From assembly GCF_009914755.1 (NCBI RefSeq), contig NC_060925.1: a stretch of 64,000 bases of DNA; one strand, given 5' to 3'. Each line of letters opens with the position of its first letter. Within the stretch, counting starts at the first letter, position 1. Below, one piece after another: positions 17,622 through 30,248 of this stretch. Both the position numbers and the translations under genes were made by a program. Under the pieces are notes generated by a model. The model ran no database searches. It had not been told where the DNA came from and saw only the letters and a program-made list of their open reading frames with translations. The stretch is from the human T2T-CHM13v2.0 reference genome, Homo sapiens.

Positions 17622-19084
17622 TGACTTTCCTGGAGCCACATGCCAAGTCACACACAGAGCCAGGATGCTCACTGACAGTGCCAGAAACTTCCCCCTGCAC
17701 CAAATGCCTGGTTTAGGGCTAGCCAGAACTGCCCTATTGCCCAACTCCAGCCCAACTTCACAGGGCCTGGGGAGGGGCGGAGCCCAGACAGGAGCTGGGA
17801 GGCCTCTGGTGGAGACCCACTGCTGCCCCCATCAGCTGTGCAGCAGTAAGCCTGCCCCACTTCCAGCACCTTCATTCATTCATTCATTCCACAAGCACTC
17901 ACACAAATGAAGAGAGGATGGTGCAGACAGGGCTTTTAGGAATCTCAACATTTAGCAGGTGGGTGGGCCTGCAAAGTTGAGCTGGGCAAGGAGACAGAAG
18001 GAACAGCCAGAGGGGTGGGTAGGAAGCCAGGAGTGTGTGGTCTCAGTTTCCCTCTGTGCCATGGCGTGTTGTGACTGTGTGTGGGCTGAGGCCAGGGCTC
18101 TGATTTTCTGTGACCCTGGGACTAGGCCTTGGCTTTTTCTAGTCAGGGGTGTGTGTAAGGGAACTCCTTGCAGGAAATGCTTCAGGGAATACTGGCCCAG
18201 TCCACCTCTGCCTGCTCCCTAGCCTGTCACCCTCTGAGCCCCAAACCCAAGCCTCACTCAGCCCTTCCTTATCTCTCCTCCCCAGGGTAGAACCCTCCTC
18301 CCTGTCGCTGTTATCTCCAGCCACCAGCTCAGCCTTTTCTTCTTAGCGTCCCTTGGGGCACAATGGCCACTGTCCCCTGGGAGCTGGCCTTCTGAGGGGC
18401 ATTGTAGGGGCAGGCGGCTGGCACTGTCCATGCCAAGAGACAGCTGGTATTGTGGTGCCCATAATTAATGAGACAGCTCTGGCAGCTGCTCCCCAGCCCA
18501 TGCCAGGGGCCTAGGCAAGCAGGAAGTAAAAATATTCCTGTCTTAGGAGGGTGCCTGGCTGGTGAGGTCAGCAGTGGCAGCCCCTTAAGGACAAGAGGCA
18601 TCCAAAGAAGGGAGGCGTCCAGGGCCCAGCTCTGCCTTGTCCTGCCTAGCAGCCTCCATGCCTCCCTGCTCTCACTGATGGCCACACTCACAGTCCCTCC
18701 CTGGCTCTTCCTACGTGGAGGGAGAGGGACAGTCTCTCCTCCTGTCTGACTTTCATCCCTCCTGCTGCAGAGGAAGCTCGGCAAGCCCATGGATGCTGAG
18801 GGGTTGGTAGGTAATGCTTTTCCTCCCCTCTCAGTCCTTAGTATTCCCATGGGCAGTGACAGGCAGCTGGGAAAGATGGAGTGGCATTGCTAGTAATAAT
18901 AATGACATTCTGCAAACATTTGCAAAGCACCCACATGTGCCAGACACTATATTTGCACTGAGAATGCAGCGGTAACAAAGACACAGCTTGCAGTCTAGGG
19001 GGAGAGAAAGATATCAGTCAAATACACAATGAATAGGTATTCATCAAATGTGATAAGGGGAATAACAGGAGTGTTTAACAGAGG

Positions 19085-19325
19085 AACCTGGCATGAAGTG
19101 CCTACTATATACCAGGCACTGAGCTTGGCATTTAATATACAACTGTTCATTTAATCCTCACAACACCCTGGTAGGCAAGTAGTGTTACATGCGTTTTACA
19201 GGTGAAGAAACTGAGGTCCTGAAGCTTTACTTAATTTGTCCTCACTAATAAGGGGCAGAGCTGGGATTGGAAACCCATGTCTGCCTGACAACAAAACTCC
19301 AGCTCTTAACCTCTATGCTCTATGG
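19085..19325 (-). mobile_element. MIR
   Basis: CATTTAATCCTCACAACACCCTG...TTTTACAGGTGAAGAAACTGAGG core. Confidence 0.8.
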
Positions 19326-19503
19326 CCCCTGGCTCTGACATTGATCTGCTTTGTCCCCTCGGGGAAGTCGTTTCTCCCTAGGCCTTACTTTCTTGGCTGC
19401 CCCTGTCAGTGGCTGTGGAATTGGAACTGGCCTCTGGCTCTGGGTAACCCACAACTGGACCAAGGACTGGGTTCTTTCAGGGGAGAGGGCTGGTGGGGAC
19501 TGA

Positions 19504-19638
<135 letters not shown>

Positions 19639-21227
19639 TAGGTCCTGCTGGGGGTGGGGGTGGGTGGGGGGCTGGCAGCAATGCCCTTTGAGGACAAGTG
19701 GCTGAGACTCAACCCTGGAGGGTGGAAAGGGGGTGATGGCTCCCAGGGGAGCACCCTGGGCTGGCTCTGCAGATCCTATGTAATTCAGAGCCTGGAGTGT
19801 CCTTTATTCCACTCTGCTATGCCCAGGGAAGAGGTGGATACTGGACATAGGGCATTGGTGAAGCCCTGCCCCATGGCTGAACCCCGGCCCTGGAGTGCTG
19901 GCAGTGTGCATGCTCACCCATAGGTGATGCCATCTAGGGCAGTGATACAGCCAGCTCGTCTCCCCTCAGTCCTGAATGGGGGACAGAGTTAGTGGATATT
20001 GCAGCTGGTTGGAGAAAGTGTGGGATGGGCAGAAACATGTGTTCCAGACTTAGGTGCATGCTCCTACCCTGAACCCCCATGTAGGAATATGTGCCCACTT
20101 TTACTGGGCCAGTCAGCAGCCTCAGGGCCCAGAAGTGGGTCTGCCCCACTGGCCCGGGCCAGGCTAAGACTGCATGGGGGTGGCACCAGGAGAGGGATTA
20201 TTAATAGCATCACAAAGGTGCGTGTGGCCAGGTGCCTGGCTAGGCCCTCAGGCAGGAATGAAAACCATGGAGCCCAGCTCGGTCCCACGGGCAGGCGGGC
20301 ATCAAGCTTGTGGCTGGGGCAGGATGCTGTGCTCAGCGCTTCTGCGGGTGCCTTTTTTGCCTCATTAGTTCTCCAGGAGAAGCTGTTGCGCGATTCCACT
20401 CGCCTCTGCACCTGGCTTCCCCATCCCTGCGCCCTCCCAGCCCTAGGGGCTTCCCAGGGGAGAAGCAGGAGAGAAGGGGCCGGGAAGAGGGGCTCCCAGC
20501 ATCACACTGGTGCCCCCACATCTCTCCACCCGGCAGAGGCAAGCTCCTACCTCAGAGTGGGAAGGTGACTAGATTAGAAGAGAGGCCTTTTGTTCAAGGC
20601 TGGGCATTCGAGAGTGGGGCAGGGCTGATTTGTAAGAAATACAATGTGTATGAGGGAAGATCTGGGGGTGGGGGTGGTCAGATGGTCTAGGACCTCTGCC
20701 CAGAGGAACAGAGCCTAGTCTGGAGATTCTGGATCCACTGGGCATCTGCTCCCTGGACCTTAGTTTGGTCATCCATGCAATGGGAAGGCAGGCAGGAGAG
20801 AGGGAAGATACCCTCCTTGGCTCATGGCAGCAGAAAATGGCCTGGAGAGTTAGGAAGAAGCCACGGTCCCGAATCTAGTCTTCAAAAACCCAGTGGCAAG
20901 AGTGAGTGCTGGAGGGGAAGGAAGCTGGGCTAGCCACCCTGTCACACCGCCCTCCTCACCTCCATCTCCCCTTAAAATCCAGAGTCAGATCTGGAGGGAA
21001 AGGATGTCAGGGCCACTGCTGGCCTCTCTGAGGAGGCACGGCACGTTCAGGCAGTCAGCTTGATGGGCTGAGAGTAAGCTCCTTGCACGGCTGCCCTTGA
21101 GCTGTGCCAGCCTTCACATCCATGCTTGGCATCCCTGGGAACTGGGGGTAGAAAGGGAGTGGGGAAGGCCAGTCTCCCACTGTCCACCCTGTCCTATTCT
21201 GGCCGGGCTGTCAGTGAACACCTCTAG

Positions 21228-21494
<267 letters not shown>

Positions 21495-21841
21495 TAGGGG
21501 CCCCGTGGGGCTGCCACCTCCTCTTGCTTCTCCTCCTCTTCTTCCATTCTCTGTCTTCATCCTCTCTCAGACCTGCCTTCAGCCACTTCGTGGGTGTCTG
21601 GGCCTGTTTGGGGGACTCCTAGGCCGTCAGAGGGCCAGACAGGTACAGACTGAGGGCCTCTCTGGAGGGGTCAGGCTGGACTCACCTTTTTGTCCTGTGG
21701 GGCTCTGAGGGTCTGAGTGGGAGAGATGTCCATGCCATCCTTTCCCATCATCTCCTCCGTTCATGGCATTGTCCTCTTTCTTTCTCTGTTCCCACGTCCC
21801 CCTTACTCCTCCATCCCTGCACCCCCATCCCTCCCGGGAAG

Positions 21842-21886
21842 CTGGACAGAGGAGGAGGCCACTGGCCACAGGTGCTTACGGCTCAG
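21842..21886 (+). CDS. KCNQ4: Candidate KCNQ4 cassette exon, 45 nt, phase 2-2 (S-WTEEEATGHRCLRL)
   Basis: ~110-nt AG-free pyrimidine tract ending aAG at 21840-41; strong donor CAG|GTAATC; length divisible by 3; stop-free in the KCNQ4 frame. Confidence 0.55.
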
Positions 21887-23872
21887 GTAATCGTGGGCAC
21901 CATCCTGGGGTGTGAGGGCAGGGAACCCCCTCCCCCGGCATGTTGCTCTAGGAGGGACTTAGTACTGAACTCGCCTCTTGGGAACGAGATGCCAGCTGGA
22001 AAGAGAGCTCTGTGATTAAGACCTCTGTAGGACCTGCGTAAACTCAGCCAGTGACTAATGTTCCTTTCTTGTGCAGCCCTTGTCTGCAACTTTGCTAATC
22101 CCAGAGGGTCCTCTTGGGGTTCTGTTTCCTTCCTTACTGAGGTACACTTTGGCGCTCCCAGCCATCTCTTTCCCCTTGAACTGTCTCTCCTGAAGCTTTT
22201 TACAAAATCTTGAAAGAAGAACAAAGAACAAACAATGCTTACCCCCACATAAACGTTCCTAAAGAGAAGAATTTCAGGCATGTTTGGATAAGGGAAGCCC
22301 GTCCACTCACAGCATGGGAAAGTGGCTGCTCTTGTAGAGGTTTAGCTTTGAGGTCAGGGGTTAAATCCCCCTCATTCTTTTTCCCTCGTCCTTTACCCAT
22401 CTCTTTGTTTTGTCTCATCTTCACACATCACCCCTGAACCAGCCAAATGGACATCTGGCCTTTGAGCTTCAATGTCATTCTGAGCCCCAGGCCCAGAACA
22501 AAGAATAGGAGAAGAGGCGAGCCGCCCAGTGATCAGCAGGGGAGGCGTGGTGGAAGCTCGCCTCTGCCACCCGATGCTGTGTGTCCTGGAGGAAGCCTTC
22601 AGTCATTCTGAACCTGTGTGTCCTGGCGGAAAATCGGCAGTGTTTAGGCTGATTGGGGCTCTGGGTACTCTAGAGTTTCTGGGCTGAAAAGGCCTAGGGA
22701 GGAGTTTTGGTGCAGAGGATGCAGGGAGCAGCCTCCCTTCCTTGTTCTCAGTGAGGGCACTTCTGGGCCAGGGGCTGAACAGGAAGTGGGTGGAGAGGGA
22801 GAGTCCCTCCAGGTCTGGGGCTGGAGGGAGGGGAAGCGTGACTGCCAGGCCAGGCTGAGAGCTCCCTGGGAGAGTAGGGCCCCTCTCAGATTCTCTGCCC
22901 GAAGGTCCCTCATTGTTACCTTCATCCCTACCAAACATAGTTTCCAGGCGGAAACTCAAGAGTTTTTGTATCCCAGCAATCCTGTCCAGGACCTGAGCCA
23001 GGGCTCTCTGTGCTTCCAGTTCACTCTGGTCTCATTTTGACTGAATAGGAAGGCAAGGGGAATGGACATTAGCCTGGGGCCTAGTACCTGTACACTCCCC
23101 ACGGCTCCTTTGGTCCCTGACACCCCCAGGGCCCAGGAACAGATTACTACTAAGGGCTTGGCTGTCACTGACTCCCAGCCTCGTATCTATCTGCCTGGGA
23201 GGGGACTTGGCGAGTGTCTGGGACACAGGGTGATGGTAGTAAAGTGGCCCTTTCTCCCAGGGACCCCAGGGGGCTGAGCCATGGTTTGTAGATCAGTCAC
23301 CAGGCTCAGGCCCAATGGCCGTATCGTTAATCGTGGCTGTCTAGACCGCCAGCCAGGACACCCTTCCTCCACCAAAAACACACACACATATACACACTCG
23401 GTTGGCCACACCTCTGGTGGTGCTTGGGGATGGACCTGGGCCAAGTGTGCCCACAGGAAGTGGTGCTAAAGGAGCAGGATTTCCTGGGGGATGGCATTGC
23501 CAGGGCCAGCACCTCTCCTCTTCAGGGTTTTGCAATGAGTTTATCAAACCATGGTCTCCAGACCTCCTGCATCAGCATCCCATGGAGTGTTTGTTCAAAA
23601 TGCAGATACCTGGACCTGTCTCCAAGCCCACAGGATCAGAATCTCTGGAGAAGAGACACAGCCTTCTGCATATGTAACATGGTCCCCAGGGGATCCCTAT
23701 GCAAAGTGTGAGAACATCTACGTTCTGGTGATGGGGCTGGAGGATGATTTAGGTGGGGGTCCTTCTTTCCCACCAGCTACCGGAGGCCGGCCCCATCCCA
23801 GCAGCTCCCCACACTCTGCCCACAGCCCCTTTCCCGCTAACCTCTGTTCGTGTCTTATTCTCAAACTTCCAG

Positions 23873-23929
23873 CCAGATGTTTAATAATAAACGGAGTTTC
23901 TTTCGGATCCACGCCAGCTGGAGACCGAG
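23873..23929 (+). CDS. KCNQ4: Candidate KCNQ4 cassette exon, 57 nt, phase 2-2 (S-QMFNNKRSFFRIHASWRP)
   Basis: Branch point GCTAAC at 23836-41; pyrimidine tract; ttccAG acceptor; GAG|GTACCC donor; in frame and stop-free; peptide resembles a KCNQ5 alternative linker exon as I recall it. Confidence 0.65.
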
Positions 23930-25544
23930 GTACCCCCTCGCCTGCTCCTCCTGTCCCCACTCCTCCTTGCCCCACCCAATTTGGGGGCTGGAGAGGGGAC
24001 AGGATGGGCCAAGGACAAGGTGCATGTGCCTGCCGCCTGCCGTCTGCCTTGGGTGCCCAGTGAACCCCTCGCCTTTCTGGGATGCCTCTGCTAGGTCTGG
24101 GGCATGGGCCCAGGGTGCCAGGAGGGGCACGTGCAGGAGCCTTAAGGATGTGTGCTGGCTCTGCTGCTGATGCCCTCTGTGATCTTGGCCAAATTGCTTC
24201 CCTTCTTGGACCTCAGTTTTCCGTCTGTGGAATGGGCAGATTGAACTAGAGGACCTCTGAGGGTCCTTCTCACTCTGACTTTTGCCAGGCCTTGGGCTTA
24301 GCTTTCTGTCTCCCTGCTACCCACCTGGGGACCTAGCAGATGCCTGAAGGAGCTGGGTTTGGCACCTTTGCCAGCTCCAGGACCCCAGCTCTTTTAGCGG
24401 CATCTCCATGGCATTCCTTGGTACCTGCCCTGTGCCAGGACTTGCTCTGTGCACTAGGGACACGGTGATGAATAAAACATCGTCCTCGGAGAGTTGCAAA
24501 GAGTAATTGCAGCTCAGTGTGATGAGTGCAACAAAGGGAGGAAGCACAGGGGCTGTGGAGCCCGGGTCAGGCACACAACCCAGAGGAAGCCCTAAAAGCA
24601 GTGGGTTTCAGGGAGGGCATTCCAGGCAGTGAAGCAGCACGGACCCAAGCAAGGAGGCAAGAGGGAGCACAGTGTGGGGAAAAAAGCTGGCAGCCCAGTT
24701 TGGCCCCCCTGAGACTGGACATCAGAGCGAAGGTTGGGGGCAGAGCTGGGTCATGCAGAACCTAAAAGCCCAGTGTGAGCTTCACCCTGTTGGCATGCTT
24801 GGCAGCCTGAGCTCATGGAGTCCTGGGTTTCCAAAGGTGCCTCTGGGGCCCTGTGGGCTGGGGTCCCGGAGCTAGGAGATGAGTGGCAGGGCTCCTGGCT
24901 GCCCATGTGTGCTTCTGCTGAGAGGTGTTTTTTCCTAGAAACGTGGGTTCTGGACCACAATCTAGCTACTACCCACTATTCGTGTGTCCTTGGGCAAATC
25001 ACCTGACCCCTTTGCACCTCAGTTTCCTCAGATGTAAAATGCAGATGTAAATAGGGTCTGCTTCCACTAAAACTGGACCTGGCTCCAATAAATATTGGCC
25101 TTATTTGATTTGGTATGTTCAGCAGTTAAGATCTTATTTACCTTAAAAGAAAATAGCTTAGAAACCATGGCTGTGGGCAATGGTTTGAGCTGAAGCGTTG
25201 AGCTAAGGAGTCTCTGGGTCAGGCCCGCCATTTTGCAAGCCTCCTTTGGCTGTGGAGGGTGTGGACAGGAAGGACACAGCCATGGCAGAGGCCAGTGGCG
25301 AGGCTGTTTCCATAGTCCCTGAAGAGGGGCTGTATGTGGCTTCAGAAGTCGTAGGCTGCCTCTGTTCCCCCAGTGAGAGTGGCCCTGGGAGGGCAGATCA
25401 TGAGGCCCTAAAGAAAGTCCTTGTGGAAGTGAGTTCAAGGGGTTGGGACCAGCAGGGCAGCCTGGGCAGAGCTCGGCCTCCCCAGCAGGGCAGCCACAGT
25501 CCAGCCCACCCCATCTTTCTCCCAGGTACCAACAGATCCTTAGC

Positions 25545-25720
25545 CAGAGTTTCTTGACCTTGGCATCATTGACATTAGATAATTCTTTGTGGATTGCGAC
25601 TATCACATGCATGGTAGGATGTGGAACAGCACCCTTGGCCTCTACCTACTAGATGTCTACCTACTAGACATTGCCACATGTCCCCTGAGTGGGGGAACTT
25701 GCTCCAGTTGAGAACCACTG
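25545..25720. mobile_element. MER20-type DNA transposon
   Basis: CAGAGTTTCTTGACCTTGG...GGCCTCTACCTACTAGATG...GACATTGCCACATGTCCCCTG...GTTGAGAACCACTG. Confidence 0.75.
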
Positions 25721-28318
25721 CTCTACACCCTATCCTGATTGCTTGACCCAGAAAAAGAACATAGACTCTGAAGTCAGAGAAGGCTGGGTTCCAGTTCTTG
25801 CTCCATCTCATAGGAGCTCTGTGACCTTGGCCAAATCATCTCACCTCTTTCCGTGTATATAAAATAGGGATGGTAAAGACCGCCCACCACACACAGTGGC
25901 TGAGAGAACTGAAAGAACTAAGGCAGCCTGATGGGACCCTGCACGTTCTGGGAGCCTGGGAGGGGAAAGAGCTTTTTGGTGCCCACTGTGTGCCAGGTTT
26001 TCTTCCACCTTCTTTTAGCTTTCAGACTTAGAGGAGCTGATATGAGCCATTTTCTGGGCCCTGCCCAAGGAACTGGAATCCAGACCCACTCCTGGGAAAA
26101 CAGTGCCTTCTTGCATTAAAAAGGAGCTCAGGGCCTCTGGCTGGCTGGAAACTTACAGAACCCCACAAACCAGACTGGAAGCTTCCTCAACCATCACAGA
26201 ATCAGAGCTGGAAAGGGACCTTTCAAGGTCTCTAGTGCAAGCCCTCGAACTCCTTCCTCCATAAGTCCTGCTGAGTGCAAGCTCAGCCTTGCTTGCATTA
26301 CTTCTTTTGACAGGGAGGTTGCCCTCTTCTCCAGAACGCCATTGGAGCCTTATGTGGTGGGCGCAGTGATGTGGAGTTCCAGGCCCTTGGCCAAAGTGTC
26401 AGGGCCTTCTCCACTCTCCTCTCTTCCTCTCCCTCTTGGAGGAGTGGAGGACAGGAGAAGGGGTTGCACGGACCGGGCAGGGTGGAGGGTGCTTGCCAGC
26501 ATGAGGGAGCCTGCAGGAATGGCTCTGCAGAGGAAAGTTTGGGAGAGCCAACCTCAAACTTTGATTGGAATCTTTGGGATGTGTCGATGGAGTCCTGGGC
26601 CAGTGGAGAGCATGCTGGATAGTGGGAACTGGGAACTGTCCCTGTCCTTTTGATACCCTCAGGGCCCCCATCCTTGACCTATTAACCTCTCCCCTCTGGG
26701 CAGAGGCCGCCACCCCTAAGGATGGCCCTACATCCTGGCCACCTTCCTGAAGGTGCCCCTGGTTTCGAGGTCTCCCTCACTTCAGCACCTTGGCTCCCTC
26801 CCCTCCACCCCATGCCCTGGGCATGGGAGACCCCAGTTCCCACCCAATACCGAAACCAGAATCTCTTCTCTGCTCAACCCTTGATCTGAAAGCCTCTGAG
26901 AGTAGGTGACACGGTGTCCTCCCCCAACTCCTGCCCCACTTCAGGTCTCCTCTAAGGCTGGCTGGTACTCTCTTGATCTGGGGCCCCAGACATTTGGGGT
27001 GGGTCCCCCTGAACCCGAACCTGAACCTGTCGGAATCTCTAGTGGCAAACCACAGCAGGGGAGGCAGCGATGACGTCACAGGGCATGGGATGGAGGACAT
27101 TTGCATAGGTCCTACCCCAACAGCCATAACATTGTCCTTGAACCTCTTGGACACAGAGTTACTCTACCAGATCATGGTTAACCAGGGCTTGTCCTGGGGA
27201 ATGAGGCCTCTGCTAACTTGTTTTCCTCCAACGTTTGGGGAACGTGGTGGGGAGTTGGATGCGGGAAGGGAAGTCTGAGTGCATGTGTAGACGTGCACGT
27301 ACACGTTCACATGCACACAGACTGTGTAAATGCTGTTGAACCGGGAGCTCAGTAGGCAGTATCGGGGGGTAGATCTTTAGCGGGGATCCAAGACCACACA
27401 GGCAGGATGTCAATCAAGGTGGGCTGAACTTAGGTAGGAGAGACCACAGAAGAACATGTTATCAAATAGAGACCCTCACTGAGAGGGCAGGCACCAGGCA
27501 TGGCCTGGGCATACATGTGGGCCCAGCAGCTAGAACCATGGGGCCGAGGCCCTCAGTAGGCCATCACGCTGCACACCTCCAGGGCACCACTGCATGGAAG
27601 TCTGTGTGATGGAGTCCTTATTTTGCAGTGCACTGCCTGCACAGCTGTACGAGGCCCTAAAACCCTGACCAGTGTGGGATCAGATAGCCGCAGCAGTGGG
27701 GAGTGGAGGAAAATATGAAATGACACATGTAAACACACGCCAACATATGTACACACACCAGTGCCTGTACACCCACACTCGCACATGTGTGTGCACAAGG
27801 TGTGTGTGTGCATGCGCGCACACACACACACCCTCGACTCCACACAGCCTGCCCCTGTGTACAGTGAGGACTGGAGGCCTACCTCCGTGTGCATGGCCAG
27901 GTGAGCTTCCGACCCTCAGCAGCCTGTCTGTGCCCAAAGGGGTCGCCACCCCCACCCTCTGCCCACTCACCTGCGCCAGGCCCAGCTCCCACATCCTCCT
28001 GTCTGTGTCTCTGACTTTGGATTTCTCCCACTCCTTCCACTCTGACATCTGTCTCCTGTGCACCCCTTATCTGTCCGGGTGATGAGGGGTGGGATGTGGG
28101 TGGTGGGGAGAGGATCTGCTTCGACTGACCCCGAATCAGCCTCTTGTAGGAGTGAGGGCCTCCCTTACCACATCCTTGTTCCATCCCAAGAAGTCTCCGC
28201 TTGGCGGGGAATCCAGACCTAATAGCCACCCCCAAGTCCTAAGTCAGCTTTGTCCCCACTCACCCCCACCCCCAGCTCTGGCTAACTTGGCTCTCTCCCA
28301 ACCTGCCTGCCCTGCCAG

Positions 28319-28539
28319 CAGCCGGATGGGCATCAAAGACCGCATCCGCATGGGCAGCTCCCAGCGGCGGACGGGTCCTTCCAAGCAGCATCTGGCACCT
28401 CCAACAATGCCCACCTCCCCAAGCAGCGAGCAGGTGGGTGAGGCCACCAGCCCCACCAAGGTGCAAAAGAGCTGGAGCTTCAATGACCGCACCCGCTTCC
28501 GGGCATCTCTGAGACTCAAACCCCGCACCTCTGCTGAGG
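28319..28539 (+). CDS. KCNQ4: KCNQ4 exon 10
   Basis: gccAG|CAGC..GAGG|GTaag; 221 nt; [73 protein letters not shown]. Confidence 0.97.
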
Positions 28540-28749
28540 GTAAGCCCCCGGGGGGCTGAGTCCGATCGAGGGCCGGCTGAGGGTGGCAGGGCGGGGACAG
28601 TCTGGGCTGGGAGCAGAAAGATCTGGCTCGCGTCTCAGCTCTGGAACTGATGGACCGTCTTTGGGCTCTGGTCTTCTCATCTGTAAAATGGGCATTATAA
28701 TATTTGCTCTGCTATACAATGGACATCAGACTGTTTGGGAATCACGTGG

Positions 28750-28995
28750 AGGGTGGCATTTCATAGGGGTTAGCAGCACAGGCTTTGGAGCGAGACTGCC
28801 TGGATTTGCATCCTGGCTTTGTCACTTATCTTAGGCGAGTGACCTAATTTCTCTGGGCCTCATTCTCCTCATTCATAAAATGGGAACAATAATAGCATCC
28901 ACTTCCTAGGATTATTGTGAGGATTAAATGAGATAATCCATGGAAGGTGAACAGAAGACTTTTGGGAATATAGGAGGTGCTCAACAAATAGCTAA
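28750..28995 (+). mobile_element. MIR
   Basis: GGCTTTGGAGC..TGCCTGGATTTG..CTCTGGGCCTCA..ATAAAATGGGA..GTGAGGATTAAATGAGATAA. Confidence 0.8.
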
Positions 28996-30248
28996 ACACA
29001 AATGTACTTTGGAAGCGGCAGGAATGCATCCTTGATGAGCCCTGACTATGCACTGCCCAGCACTGGCTTATCTCATTTACTTCTCCCAGTGACCCTGGAA
29101 AGTAGGTTCTGTTTTTGTCCCCACTTTACAGACGTGGGCACTGAGATCTCTCAGCTTGTGAGTGGCAGAGGTGCTCTCCTCAAGCAGGTCTATTCAGCTC
29201 CAAAGCCCAGGCCTTCTTCCTACCCCTCTTCACCCAGCCCAGGCTGCAAGTATGAGACTGTGGACCATGCTGATGTCACTTTTCTGAGTTTTGGCTCTGC
29301 TGGAGACTTCCACTGTGATTTAGGCAGGAGACTGCCCCTTTCCATGCCTCAGTGTCCTCTTCAGGAAAATGAGAGGGTTGGACCAAGCCCCCTGGAAGAC
29401 TTCTCCCAGCTTTGACATACTTTAGGCCCCTGGGTGGGGAGAGGTGGGGTGAGTGCACAAGGATGGGGGATGGGGACAGCTCCCCCTTTGGCCTTGGAGG
29501 GAGGGGACCCAGCCATGCTGTTTCTGCCTGTGCTGTGTCAGCCCTCAAGATGCTGCTGGCTGACACCTCAGAGTTTACAGAACCCCATAGACCAGTCTTT
29601 GAGAGGTGCTGCCCATAGAAGCCTGGGCACAGCTGGTGCCCAGGACCTCCCTTCCCTGTCCTGGAAGCTGTCCGGGCTCTTGCCACTGCTCCTGTGAGGC
29701 AAGGACAGCATCACCTCTCTGCGCAACACAGGGCACTAGCCTCAGAGAAGCTTCTCTCATTCAGGGAAGAATGGTTTGTTTTAAGGGCCTTCCCTAGTAG
29801 CAGAGCTGGGCCTGGGAGCCAGCCACTTGGGTGTCCTTCCATCTTAGCTGAAGGAGAAGACTGTGTGCATGATTACATGCAGTGCCATCAAACCCCTTAT
29901 CTCTGGGGCTCACTGTTCTGCAAGGTGGAACCAGTGGGGCTTCCTCCAGGGCTTTGTGCAACAAACTTGCCCTGGACTAGGCCAGCTGTGCCCTAAAGCA
30001 GCTCCCACCTACCCACCAGGCAGATGTTTACCCTGACTGGCCACCGGGGCAGATGGGCATGCAACACACTGGGGCTTTCCACCCTGGGGAGGGCAGTGAG
30101 ACACAGGAGCCCCAAGAAGGTTCTGAGCCCTTTCTGGGCCTCTGTCTTCCTATTGGACACTCTACTGGTGGTTTGGCATACAAGGGTCGGATGGGAGGTT
30201 GGGAGTGGCCCCTTTGGTGGGCCACTTGCCCCATACCTGCCTTTTCAG

